A DNA stretch of 64,000 nucleotides from Octopus sinensis (Eukaryota), in assembly GCF_006345805.1 (NCBI RefSeq), contig NC_042997.1, positions 49,786,001 through 49,850,000 on the forward strand. The letters are read 5' to 3'. The position numbers and the translations under genes were made by a program. The notes beneath the pieces were generated by a model that saw nothing but the letters and a program-made list of their open reading frames with translations, made no database searches and had not been told where the DNA came from. Of the stretch, positions 51,286 through 63,280 are shown piece after piece. How positions within the stretch are numbered: the first letter of the stretch is position 1; every line of letters begins with the position of its first letter.

Positions 51286-51842
51286 TGTCTGAGTGCGTGC
51301 AGGCGTGAGTGTGTGTATGTGTGTATGTGAGTGGATTTGCGTTGGTGTGTGTATGTATGTATATGTCCTTATACGTAAGTAGATATGTGCGTATATGAGT
51401 GCGTGTGTATGTATGGGTGTGTGTCGGTGTATAGCTGTTTATATGTTTGTATATGTAGGTGTGTGGTCGATGACAACGAGGGAGTGATGAGTGGAAGTAG
51501 TTCCTTTCCTTGTAGGTAGATGAGGTAGATGAGGTGGGGTGGTTCGAGCCACGAAGAGAGGATGTATTCGTGAAGTGGGATGTCGAGTGAACGGGGAGGG
51601 GAAGATGAGGGGGCGGGCGGGGTGGCAGAGGTTAAAGGTTATGTTTTTCTTTGTTGTTATAATTGTTGATGTTGTTGTTGATCTTTTTCCTTCGGACCAC
51701 CCGCTTTCCCGCCGTACCAGCTGTAGCAACAGTTTCATATATTCCGCTGATTCTTCTTTTTTTGTTTTTTTTCTTGCTTTTTTGCGTCGTGTGTGTAAGT
51801 GGAGGGTTCTAGACTCATCCTTGCGTTCCAGAATGTTCCAGC

Positions 51843-51891
51843 ATTATGGTGGTGGTGGTGGTGGTGGTGAATGTGGTGATGGTGGTCTTGA

Positions 51892-51924
<33 letters not shown>

Positions 51925-52016
51925 CAGCAGCAGCAGCAGCAGTAGCAGCAGTTGTAGTAGTAGTAGTAGTAGTAGTAGTAGCAGTAGCAGCAGCAGCAGT
52001 AGCAGCAGCAGTAGTG

Positions 52017-52053
<37 letters not shown>

Positions 52054-52076
52054 CAGCAGAAGCAGTAGTATTGGTA

Positions 52077-52109
<33 letters not shown>

Positions 52110-52335
52110 AATGGGGATGATAATATTGTTGGTATTGATTTTTAAAATGCCACACAACTACAAAGACTACGATGAGGATTAGGAAAAAGATGGCGATGAC
52201 GATGACGATGAAGAAGATGAAAATACTAAGATGATGACGGTGATGACAGCGGGTGTGGCGGCAGCCACGATGAAGATGATGATGATGAAAATGACGACAA
52301 CGACAACGATGATGATGATGATGATGACGATGGTA
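51843..52335. repeat. Compound trinucleotide repeats: (GGT)n, (TAG)n, (CAG)n, (GAT/GAC)n
   Basis: Directly visible. Confidence 0.95.
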
Positions 52336-52561
52336 ATAGTTATAACACATGCAGCTGCAATACCAACAACAAGCAGCTGTGTGTAGGTCTTTAAGGCGAA
52401 CAAATTGAAAACACATTTAAAAATTCATAAACTAATAATAATAATAAATAAACCTACGAAATCTAGAAGACGAACGAATCTAAATACATATAACCGTATG
52501 CCTTATATGAATGACTAACCCAAACGTATACGCTCACACCACACACACACACACACAACAC

Positions 52562-52596
<35 letters not shown>

Positions 52597-52601
52597 TATA
52601 C

Positions 52602-52657
<56 letters not shown>

Positions 52658-52730
52658 AATAATGATAATATCGATATTTAAATGTCGATCTTATCAAGTG
52701 GCCAGTATGGGAATTATTTAAACAAAGATA

Positions 52731-53181
52731 GGTATCTAAGAGATAACCACATGGTGAAATAGCAGTCAAAACCCTGAGCCTAAAACCACCTTAAAAGTTC
52801 ATATCGCGCCTAGGAGAGTAGACAGAGAGACAAAATAAACTAGCAAAAAAAATTTTTCTGGATAATTCAAGATCCTGGATTTCTGGCTTACCTTCAGAGA
52901 AGCTCTGCCTTCTTCAGTTGAATATACCTGATGGGCACATAAATACATATCTATATATATATATACAGAACATACGCTATACTTACATATACGAACGCTC
53001 ATACATACATATATATGCATGCAAAGCCAGATATCCAGGATCTTGAATTATTCAGTAAAATCTTTTTTGCTAGTTTATTTTGTCTCTCTGCCTTCTCTCC
53101 TGGCGTGATATGAACATTTAAGGTGATTTTAGGGTCAGGGTTTTGACTGCTATTTCAGCATGGTGGTATCTCTCAGATACC
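52731..53181. mobile_element. About 159-bp-arm inverted repeat carrying a hammerhead-like motif (inverted PLE pseudo-LTR-like)
   Basis: Arms 52731-52889 and 53024-53181, moderately diverged. Confidence 0.8.
52865..52923 (-). ncRNA. Type I hammerhead-like motif
   Basis: Reverse complement: attcaa CTGAAGA a ggc...gcc a GAAA tcc a gga TC ttgaat. Confidence 0.65.
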
Positions 53182-53525
53182 CTAATTTATAGTTATATAT
53201 ATATACATTTTCTCTCTCCTTTCTCTCCCTCCTTCATTCTTTCTCTCTCTTTCCCTCTCTCTCAGCTTTTAGATGTTTGTATTTGTGAGTGTGTGTGTGT
53301 GCTTATGTGTGTGTATAAATATTAATATATACTCACAAACAAACACCCGTGGTTACAGGCACCCGTGTACATACTTTAAGATCTCTCCATAACAATGTAT
53401 TTCATTAGGTCAAAAGTAACCGAGACAATCTTCAGATTCGCAAGCGCTTCAGACAGTTGTAATTAACTATACACAACTTACAGTGACAAAGCCAGCTCGA
53501 ATCCTAGTAGGCATCTTCCTATATA

Positions 53526-54118
53526 CAGAAATGCTTCGATATACGAGGCATTGCTGTACATAATTTGTTCCTGGAGATCGCTGGTAAAGCGAAAACTCGT
53601 AAAGCGAAAATTTGTAAAGCAGAGCAATAATTTCCCATAGTAGCAATGTTATAAATCGTAATTCGTTCTCCAGAGAAATATTTTGCCTGTAAAATTTATA
53701 ATACTCGTAAACAAATGGCAATAAAACAACAGTAGAAGGTAAAGAATATTTTATGTAAAGTAAAAAGAATGTCAAGATCATTTAGAATGAAAAATATTAT
53801 TATTAGAATCGTTTTCTGGATCACTTTCACTCGCACTAGACTCGTGCACACCATAACTTGCAGGCGCGATCGCCGATTCACAAGCACTCGTAGACGGACT
53901 TGTAGATTTCTTTTTAAAAAACAAGCCTAGAAGCTCTTTTTTTTTTTTTTTCGCTTTCTATACATTTCTCGGTAACACGCAAGCGCATCTGTTATGGTAG
54001 TAGAAACTTTTGCACTTCGTTCAAAATTTGGATCTTGTGCTTGAAAAATTTATTGTAAAATAAAACCGGCAAACCCGGGGTCTCGTAAAGCAGTTCCTCG
54101 TAAAGTGAGGTATTGCTG
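53526..54118. mobile_element. Tigger-type non-autonomous element
   Basis: TA|cagaaatgcttcgatatacgag ... ctcgtaaagtgaggtattgctg|TA; repeated gtaaagc subterminal motifs. Confidence 0.8.
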
Positions 54119-54149
54119 TATATTTGATGGAAGGAATATAGTATACATA

Positions 54150-55200
54150 TTCTATCACCGATCACGAGTCAGTCACTAAGTGATCTGTAGATAAATTGTA
54201 ATAAATAAATTCTTATTGAAAAATTTATCTAGAGCTTCATAGGTATGCTCAAGGGCAGTTTTCGAATACCTGTTGGTAACTGCTAAACATCACGTCTACA
54301 TAAACTACCGCAAATTTTAGGAAAATGTGTATGGTGTTGATATAGAAACAAATAAGCCATTCACAATTTATTATTGAAAGAATTAGTTTTTCCAGCCTTT
54401 CGTATGATATCTATATCCAATTGAGAGGGGTGTTTATTTTGTAGCGTATAGCAGAGCGTTATTAAGTAAAATAGGGTGACGGAAGAATTATAATTGTCTA
54501 TATCCAACTAGAAGAAGGAGGTATTGCTCTCATTATGCAGAAGGTAGAATCGTGTTATTACCACACCTGTGTTTCTCCAAAGGTTAAGCTTAAGCTCACC
54601 TTTAATAATGTGGATAATTCTATCTAAAATAGTTTCACTTATACGACCGAGATCTTATCCATTGGGGCAAATAAGTCTGGTCAAAGGTTTAATGAAAAAA
54701 AACCCAACTTTATGATCCTTCAGACTGAAGTGAGGAGGTCAAGATGTGTATGTTTCTGTCCTATCCGCTATATTTAGTTTCCTAACAAGTTCACAATGCT
54801 GGTCGTTAAACTGCTTCAAGACATCTTTATCAACCGTCTTAATAGTTTCTGTTTCGTTCCTTGGAAGTAAGTCCTTATAAGTGTTCGCAGAGGCAGCGTA
54901 GTATATATTAACGGTCATGTCAGAGAAAATATGGATGTTAGGCAATCGTTTAATCCTGGAAACAATCCTTTTGGGAGGTACTCAATATTTGGAAAATTTT
55001 ATTTTCATAATCATTTTCAGTAAACTCATTCAAAATTATCTAATAGTTGTGCAACGGATTTTTATAAGATTTTAAGTTAAAAGAGATATTGTCGCTAGAT
55101 TTTCTTATCACTCATTATCATAGAGAATTCGCGCCACCTCATCCGTCGTTTCAAGCCTGCTACTGAATTTTCGAAACAGCTGTGATGATCTATCAAGGAC
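54150..55200 (-). pseudogene. Degenerate Penelope-like element reverse-transcriptase ORF (N-terminal half)
   Basis: RRMRW (55134), FNLKSYKNP, IFSDMTVNIY, KLNIADRTE, FSLKDHK (54709), RLICP..DLGRISETILDRI, LNLWRNT (54568) and SFF*LDIDNY match PLE RMRWKA, LKDHK, RLINP.KS.LGRISK and NQWRNT motifs. Confidence 0.82.
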
Positions 55201-56486
55201 AATATATTTCTTCACTAGATACGTTTTTATTTAATGTAACCTCTTTTATAAATGATTTAATGCTTTATATAGTTGCTTGTCCCACTTTTGTTTCCTTATA
55301 CAAATATTCATAATGTAAATCCAAGAGAAATTTCGCAAGATGGGGAACAAAACTTCTTTCAGGATTTGACCGTTAGTTTGGAGTCCTTTCAAGATACAAG
55401 AGCTTGAAGGATTTATTTTTCCCTTTTGAGCGACTGCACCACCAGATGTCTACAGATTCCTCCTTGGTTCTCTAGAATCCGGCTGGATTTACTAGCTGAA
55501 ACCCAAATCCAGATCCAGCATATTTAAACCCTTTTGGCTGCAGTTTTTTACAGACAAATCAAACCCGTAGAAGCTCTCTTGTTGATTCTTAGTAAATTAG
55601 TTGTTCTTGCAGCTGTGTCTTCTTCCTAATACTGCGAAATGGGAGAAGAAACTATTATCAAGTAAGACAACGCAGCCATTGTGAATCTTAGCCACAGGTA
55701 CAATGCAATGGGAAATAACTGAACCTATGGTTACACGTAAGTCTGTTTATCTCGATAGTAATTTATTATAGAAGTATATAGCATACTGCACAGCTATCCC
55801 ACCTCGACATTTATTTTAGTTGCTGTATAAGAATCAGCATCAGCATCAACAATAGCAACAAAAGAAATATGAGCAGCAGCTACAACATCAACAATAGCTA
55901 CATCTATAATAACGAGAAGGCCTAAATCTTAAATCGGTGATAATACTTTCTTTGTCTGAAGAGGTGACATTTATCTGGCGTTGTGATTAGCACAAGAGAA
56001 AGTTTGAGTAAACAAACAAAACTATAACATGAAGTGAAAACAATAATAAATAGCAATTTGGTGAGAGATTTGGTGATATGTTTTCTGTCTGTGTAACAAT
56101 TTGAGGGTTGTTATACAATAACGGAAACTGCATTTGAGTTGAAGAGGGGAAATGAGGAAAGGAAGACTAGAATAGAATTAAAACAAGAAAAAGAAAGAAA
56201 AAATACAGAAAAGAGAGAAAGGAAACGAAAACAGAAAACATTTAAGAGGAAAATAACGAGAAAAAAATGAGAAATTGAAGAGAGCAGTAAATGAAGAATG
56301 GAGAGTCTGGAGCAAATAGAGCAAAAGGGGAAAGACAAGACGAATGAAAAAGAAAAGCGAGAGTGAAAGCAAAGTAATGAACTACATCCTGCTGAAATCT
56401 AAGCTCAGATCATTTGCTATGGTTAAGTGTTCAAAGGTATCGGTCTTTTCCAATGTTTTTGTTTAATATGAAAATGCCGTCCATAG

Positions 56487-56617
56487 ATTTCAACCGAAAA
56501 TCGAAATCGAGAAGTTGCGGCTGAACTACTCACCGTATATGAAGTCATCAAAAGATGCACAGCCATCTCAGCGGCGCATATTCAGCAGGAAACAAGAATG
56601 GTTTTTAGTGTATTAAG
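56487..56617 (+). CDS. Candidate host internal exon (unverified)
   Basis: ccatAG acceptor, 131-nt open frame ISTENRNREVAAELLTVYEVIKRCTAISAAHIQQETRMVFSVL, donor AAG|GTATGT; not recognised as a repeat. Confidence 0.25.
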
Positions 56618-57892
56618 GTATGTAATGTTGGCCCAACATTGCACTGATTTTTGAGATTCATTTTTTTTTTTAAAAGATAATGCCTCTTATATACCGTCAA
56701 ATACGGTGCTCACTTAAGGACAATATAAATTTTAATAGTGAAATATTGATTTGCAAATTATGCAGAATTTTAAGAGAAGGACAATTGCATAAGTCGATCA
56801 CTGTATTTGAGTGTTACTTTCTTTTTCCAACTTCGGAATGACGTTAAACAAAATTGATCTCGACAAGATTTGGAGCCAGGTATTGTGGATCTGGTGTAAA
56901 TAGATCAGATTGTCCCAGGCTGCTGGCATTTTTATGTCTTGTAAAACTAAGAGAAATATTTCAGTTAAATAAGAATATTGTGAACGCATACATGTGTGTG
57001 AGCTTATGTGTACACATATATATTGGTATATACATGTACATATAATCATTTTATAATTTTCACATCACCATTGGTTCTGAGATGCTAAATTCTATAAATA
57101 CTAATAAGTGTAATTCAGCTTCACCACCAGCGATGGAGTAGCATCACCGAACAGAATTCAAGACGCCCAGGCTACAATTCGATTGGAATGAACCCTCCAT
57201 CTTTTAATTTGTATGAAAACAATAACAATCAATTTTTGCCCTGGCGAATGCTTTTGCTTTTTCAAATTCATAATGCAATTTAATTGCATAAATATGGATT
57301 TAAGAAATTAAACAGAAACGCGCGTAAGCAACATGAATTGACTATTATAATGGACATATCGATTATTCTATGTATGCATTCTCCATTTTCTTTGTGTTGT
57401 TAATTTTTTCTCCTATATCGAAAAGATGAAAACATCTATAGCTACAACTGGAATTTCAAAAGTGTAAGGTACTAATATCAGAGAAGAACCAACGATAAGC
57501 ACTAGTACATATGCACATGTGGAATCTCCAGTGTCGTTAATTGATATGGAGCTGAACCGGCGTACGCTTGGATAAATATCCCTAGGAATGAACAACCTCT
57601 TTCCACACAGACTTTTATCTATGTGTGTGTGTACACGGGTGAGGGAACACATTCGGTTGCAGTTACATAAAGTTAATAACAGTTGTCAAGCAGTGTTGAG
57701 GGGACAAACACAGACAAATGCCATCAAATAAGGTACCCGATTAAGGGCATAATACATCTTAATAGTGAAATATTGATTTACAAATTAAGTGCAATTTTAA
57801 GAGAGGTACAATTGCTGAAGTCGACCGCAGTACTTGCCTGGTACTTAATTTTATCGATTTCGGAATGACGAAAATGTTTTTCTGTTTTTTAG

Positions 57893-58061
57893 GCAAGTAT
57901 TCTCTACGCATTTTCTAGGGCTTCTCCTTGGCTCTTTGGATCCTAGCCCAATCTGCCGACTGAACTCCACTCTCATCGGCATCGCCTACGAGATTGGTGG
58001 AAGAAAAAGAAAAAAATTTTCTCAGACCGGAGATTTGGCCCGAATGCTTCCAAAAGACTGA
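57893..58061 (+). CDS. Candidate host exon, phase-compatible with 56487-56617 (unverified)
   Basis: Acceptor tttttctgttttttAG; the only long open frame is the one that continues the upstream exon (QVFSTHFLGLLLGSLDPSP...LPKD*). Confidence 0.22.
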
Positions 58062-58314
58062 GCACCGCTAAAAACACTTTTAAGGCCAGATTATTGATCG
58101 GTTCTATCCTAGAACAAATACGAACCGTTCAACAGGATTCTATGTAGTTTCCTCCGACCAAATTTCACTCATGTAACTTTTTGACCACCCGAAGACATTT
58201 TCTCAGGCTGTCGTGCAGTGGGATCGAATCCGAAAACAATTAATTGCAGTGTGAAAATCTAAACTACATTCACATACCTACGCCGATATCACTCATTCAA
58301 TTAATACTAAGATA

Positions 58315-58605
58315 AAGGCGACGAGCTGGCAGAAATGTTAGTACGCCGGCGGAATTTGAACTCAGAACGTAACGGCAGACGAAATATCTATTTCTTTACT
58401 ACCCACAAGGGGCTAAACACAGAGGGGACAAACAAGGACAGACAAACGGATTAAGTCGATTACATCGATTCCAATGCGTAACTGGTACTTATTTAATCGA
58501 CCTCGAAATGATGAAAGGCAAAGTCGACCTCGGCGGAATTTGAACTCAGAACGTAGCGGCATACGGAATACCGATAAGCTTTTCGTCCGGTGTGCTCGCC
58601 GCCTT
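58315..58605. mobile_element. Rearranged SINE family B with heads at both ends in inverted orientation
   Basis: A + head at 58315-58348 is fused to a - strand multimer ending gctcgccgcctt. Confidence 0.82.
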
Positions 58606-58699
58606 GAAATACTAATCTAATAATGAGAGAAATGTATATACAAATATTTTTAAGACTTTCAACATGGAGGATCGAACCATATTATATTTCTCTTACAGC

Positions 58700-58950
58700 A
58701 GTATTGGAGCCCTCTCCCAACGCCTTTAAGATGTCATCAAAATGGTGCAGAAGCTGCGACAGCCAGTCCCTTGCCATCACGGAAACCATGCTGGTTGGGG
58801 TTCAGCAGATTGTTGTCTCTTCGAGGAAGTTAGTTATTCGCGATCTCACCACCCTCTCAAATACTTTAATGATATGAGGAGAAGTGAGTGAAATCTGATG
58901 GTAGCTCACTGCAAGAGATTTGTACGTCATCGTTTATCTTGTTTGATGGA
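58700..58950 (-). pseudogene. CR1/L2-group RT fragment
   Basis: ISLTS/HIIKVFERVVRSRITNFLEE, NPNQHGFRDG and LSQLLHHFDDILKALGEG. Confidence 0.82.
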
Positions 58951-59726
58951 TTCATTATAAAATCGTTTTCTTTTGTGTTGGGTGGCTTCTATTCTAAATT
59001 AGATTTTCAATTTGATATAAAACACTTTTAATAACGTTGACCAGCTCGTCTTTTATCACCGCTTTCTTTTCTTTATCAGTTCCTCGCTGCCACGCAAGTC
59101 ACGTGACAGACTGACACGAAACTGAAAACTGTTACTTATCTAACCTCAAGATGACATCAGAACATTGCGTGTGCCAGCGTTATATTACTGTCAAAGGGGT
59201 TTTCGGTCGTGGTTCGTTCTTTATGCTATCTTCTCGTGTCAATGACAATTGCCCTAATCGGCCTGGAAAGTGATACCTGAAAACAACCTATAACATTGCA
59301 TAAACAAGTGCGAATTGAAAATACTTGTTGACCTTCGTGCTATTTTATTATTTTGCTTTTCGAGGTTTTGTATTATAAAGAAATTTATATAACGTGATGA
59401 TAACATCTCTAATAATCTCAGATCATAACACAAAAGAATTAACACAAATATGTACCAAAAGAATCTATTGCTTAGTATCTTCGAAGAAGAGTCACAATTC
59501 TGTCCAACCTAATTTCTATAAGTCTGTCTGGAAGCCAAATTAAAAAGAGATCTGCTGGCTGAACAAGCCCAAAATTCGCATTTTGTAAGAAATGACATGA
59601 AACAATTTATGTCAACAAGGCAGACTGTACATTCAGTATCTCGTGGAGAAATGTCAAGGTTCATATACATACATATGCATATATACACACGCACACACAC
59701 ACACGTGCACACACATACATATATGT

Positions 59727-59757
<31 letters not shown>

Positions 59758-60509
59758 CACTTACATACATATCTATCTATTTGTCTGTCTGACTCTCTCC
59801 CTCTCTCCCTCCCCCCTCTCTCTCTCTCGCTCTCTCTCTCTCTCCACATATATATAATTCCTAGGGACAAATAATTCTCTTGAGACGAAGGTGTCAAGTT
59901 TGTTTATATTAACAAGCCAGAAGCCAGAGTCGGTATGTGTGGGGCGAACACTTAAGAATTTCACTCATAGTATTTAAGAATCAAATGAAATGTACACTTG
60001 AAAATGAGAGCACTAAAGAAAGCCAAGACTATTGAGAATGCGAAAATATGAAAAAAGATATTCTACTACATTCCTTTAAAAAGAACTGAAACACAGAATT
60101 GAAACTTCAGTTGCGTTTTTACAACTCCGCGAGTACAAATGTAAATAGATGAGCCATAATAGTTCTTCAGTACTGCAATCCTGCATGGAGAAGTAGCAAT
60201 TATCGTTTTATATCGATACTTTAAATGTTTATATAATATCTACCTTACATAAAATAAACATGAAGACTATACACACTAAGATTCCTGCCAAGCTATTTCC
60301 GAAACTTTTCCCCAAAGTTTCTTTGAAATAGACAAAAGAAGGTGAGTGGTATAGACCAATTTGTTAAATTGCGTAGCAGTAAGGTTAGGAAAAAAATAAT
60401 ATAAAAAAAAACCAACGTAATGTTAAAGGTGAATTTCCAAGTACCTTGTGGCCAGTCATCTAAGAGATTGCAACCTGGGTACAAGGGAGCCTGAAGAAAT
60501 TGCAATACC

Positions 60510-60742
60510 TATTTCTTTACTACCCACAAGGGGCTAAACACAGAAAGGACAAACAAGGACAGACAAACGGATTAAGTCGTTTATATCGACCCCAGTGCGT
60601 AACTGGTACTTATTTAATCGACCCCGAAAGGATGAAAGGCAAAGTCGACCTCGGCAGAATTTGAACTCAGAACGTAGCGGCAGAGGAAATACCACTAAGC
60701 ATTTCGCCCGGCGTGCTAACGTTTCTGCCAGCACGTCGCCTT
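60510..60742 (-). mobile_element. Single full-length SINE family B with 12-bp TSD
   Basis: aattgcaatacc at 60498-60509 and 60743-60754. Confidence 0.92.
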
Positions 60743-61129
60743 AATTGCAATACCATAGACAGAATATCTGTGTGACTCGTAAATTATAACTGAATGCCGA
60801 TACATAATTTTATGCTCATATTACTGAATAGCTATAATGTACAGATGGTAACTGGATGAATGAATTTCGATAACATTTAGAACAAGAGAACGAAAAATAA
60901 TGTTGGCTTTCTAGAAATTATTTGTTCTCAGTCTTCTGGATTCTGGATTCTTGCTGTGCTATGGGGGAAGTATCAATCTCAACACTGGACTGCAAGTAAT
61001 CCCACGGTGCTACTCCATGGATGCTGCTTCTGTACAGCATTGAGCCGAGAGAGAGGGGAGCAGAAAGTTTAATATTTTCCTTTTTTGTTTTTTGTTTTTT
61101 TGATGAAGTGAGTAAAGATATGTAGTAAT

Positions 61130-61350
61130 TTATAACTGGTAGACCATGGAGATATTAGCAAAAAACTTTAGCATTGAAAACTATGAAAATACGAAAACCA
61201 CGCGTTACTACTTAGTGCAATTTCATCCTCTCCTGACTCAAAACCGGAAATTTATACCAGCTTGAGCATCAAAGGATTACAAATCTTCAACATTCTCCTG
61301 TTACACCGATACACATAATACAGCTGCATAGTCCAGATGTCAATAAAGAA
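61130..61350 (+). mobile_element. Degenerate CR1-type 3' fragment homologous to 40450-40620
   Basis: ttagcattgaaaactat and agcttgagcatcaaaggattacaaatcttcaacattctcc correspond to ttggcattgaaagttac and agcttgggtttcaggggaccacagctcttcaatatcctt. Confidence 0.6.
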
Positions 61351-61769
61351 GTTGTTGGTGTGATTGATGATAAATGATGATGCCGATGATGATGGCATAT
61401 GTATGTAGGCATATATATATATATATATGCAAATATGAGAGGGAAACCACTATGTGGATGCCCTTATGCTAGAAGTAGATACGCTATGGTTTTACCACCA
61501 AGAAATGTTCTCAAGAAATAAATTCAGCAAACAACCAAAACGTAATCGAGCAAGACAAAAGAAAAGCAATAAAAATATGCATTATTCACATTCGTGTTTC
61601 ACTATCACCATATTACGTAATTTAACTTACGCAAGATGTCCGTAGATCTTCGGTGTGACCTTCAGTTTTTTTATATGCTAGGTCACTGGTGTGAAATTGA
61701 TATTGATTAAATTAATATGATATTTCTCACCCTCATTTTAAATTTTTATATATATATATATATATACAT

Positions 61770-62000
61770 GTGATCTCTCAAGCACCACCAGCTCAAATAT
61801 TTTCTCCTCTGTCTTCCCTCCTTGGGACCTTTCCTTCTCCTTGTTTCCGACGAAGAGCTCCGCTCGAAACGTTAAACCCTCCTTCCCTTCTTTTCTGAGC
61901 GTCAATAATACTTTAATTGTTCCACGTCCTGCGTTGCTGTGTTTTTTTCTCTTTTTTTCTCTTTTTTTCTGTGTTTTCTTGTTTGGATTAACTTTATAAT
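61770..62000 (+). mobile_element. (TA)n-flanked short element with hammerhead-like motif
   Basis: Homologous to 47540-47750. Confidence 0.7.
61843..61877 (+). ncRNA. Minimal hammerhead-like motif, U4C core
   Basis: gttt CCGACGA a gagc tcc gctc GAAA cg TT aaac; stem III is only the ACGT palindrome. Confidence 0.55.
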
Positions 62001-62009
62001 ATATATATA

Positions 62010-62228
62010 CTCTTTTACTCTTTTACTTGTTTCAGTCATTTGACTGCGGCCATGCTGGAGCACCGCCTTTAATCGAGCAACTCGACCCTGGGACTTATTC
62101 TTTTGTAAGCCCAGTACTTATTCTATCGGTCTCTTTTTGCCGAACCGCTAAGTAACGGGGACATAAACACACCAACATCGGTTGTCAAGCAATGCTAGGA
62201 GACAAAGACAGACACACAAACACACACA

Positions 62229-62274
<46 letters not shown>

Positions 62275-62438
62275 TACGACGGGCTTCTTTCAGTTTCCGT
62301 CTACCAAATCCACTCACAAGGCTTTGGTCGGCCCGAGGCTATAGTAGAAGACACTTGCCCAAGGTGCCACGAGTGGGACTGAACCCGGAACCATGTGGTT
62401 GGTAAACAAGCTACTTACCTCACAGCCACTCCTGCACC
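62010..62438 (-). mobile_element. SINE family A, full length
   Basis: ctcttttactcttttacttgtttcagtcatttgactgcggccatgctggagcaccgcc ... cacagccactcctgcacc. Confidence 0.92.
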
Positions 62439-63280
62439 TATGTATATATACACAAAATTATTTAGATCTGTATATTTCTGTCAAATGACTGAAACAAGTA
62501 AAAGAGTAAAAGAGTATACGTATACAGATGGTTACGCAATGAACTCCTATAGAAATAAACTACTTATATGCATACATATATACAAAATATGTATGTTAAT
62601 ACTGACCATAAAACCCCCTTCAGATTCGATTCTCCTTGTGGTGATACTTCGTCTGCCACTGTTGTCTTTAAGCTGTTAAACACTGTAAATATATAACTGA
62701 TATTATCTCCGGAAAGTATCGCAGTTAATTTGCCTACTGTGGTTTATTTGCATTGATCTTGATGCACAGATGACTATTTTAATCTAATATTTCTCTTGCA
62801 TAGAATATATATAATATATATATATATACGACCAGCAAGGCTCGTAGAATCATGAAAGTGCATACGTCCTTGATTTTTGAATATTTTTAAAGGTTGTAGT
62901 TCATGCAATAATGAAGACAAGTAATGTCTTCATTAAGCAATTAAAAATTCATTGGAAACAGCTGTATTAAATTGACACATTATCCATGTGTTCTTATTTA
63001 TTCATTTATATATAAATATATATATATAAATATATGTATATGTATATATATATATATATGTAAATATATATATATATATATTATATATAGAATATATATA
63101 TATATATATACATGCATATATAATAATATATATATATAATATATATATATATTATATATATAATATATACATGCATATAATATCTAATATATAATATTAT
63201 ACACACCACATATATATATATATAATATTATATATATATATATAATATTATACTATATATATAATATATATACTATATAA

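Noticed and set aside
51539-52416. Poly-Ser, poly-Leu, poly-Tyr and poly-Val ORFs
   Set aside because: Trinucleotide repeat artefacts.
57245-57330. GAAA-CGCGCG-TA palindrome with a ttgct/agcaa pairing
   Set aside because: No recognisable 5' core.
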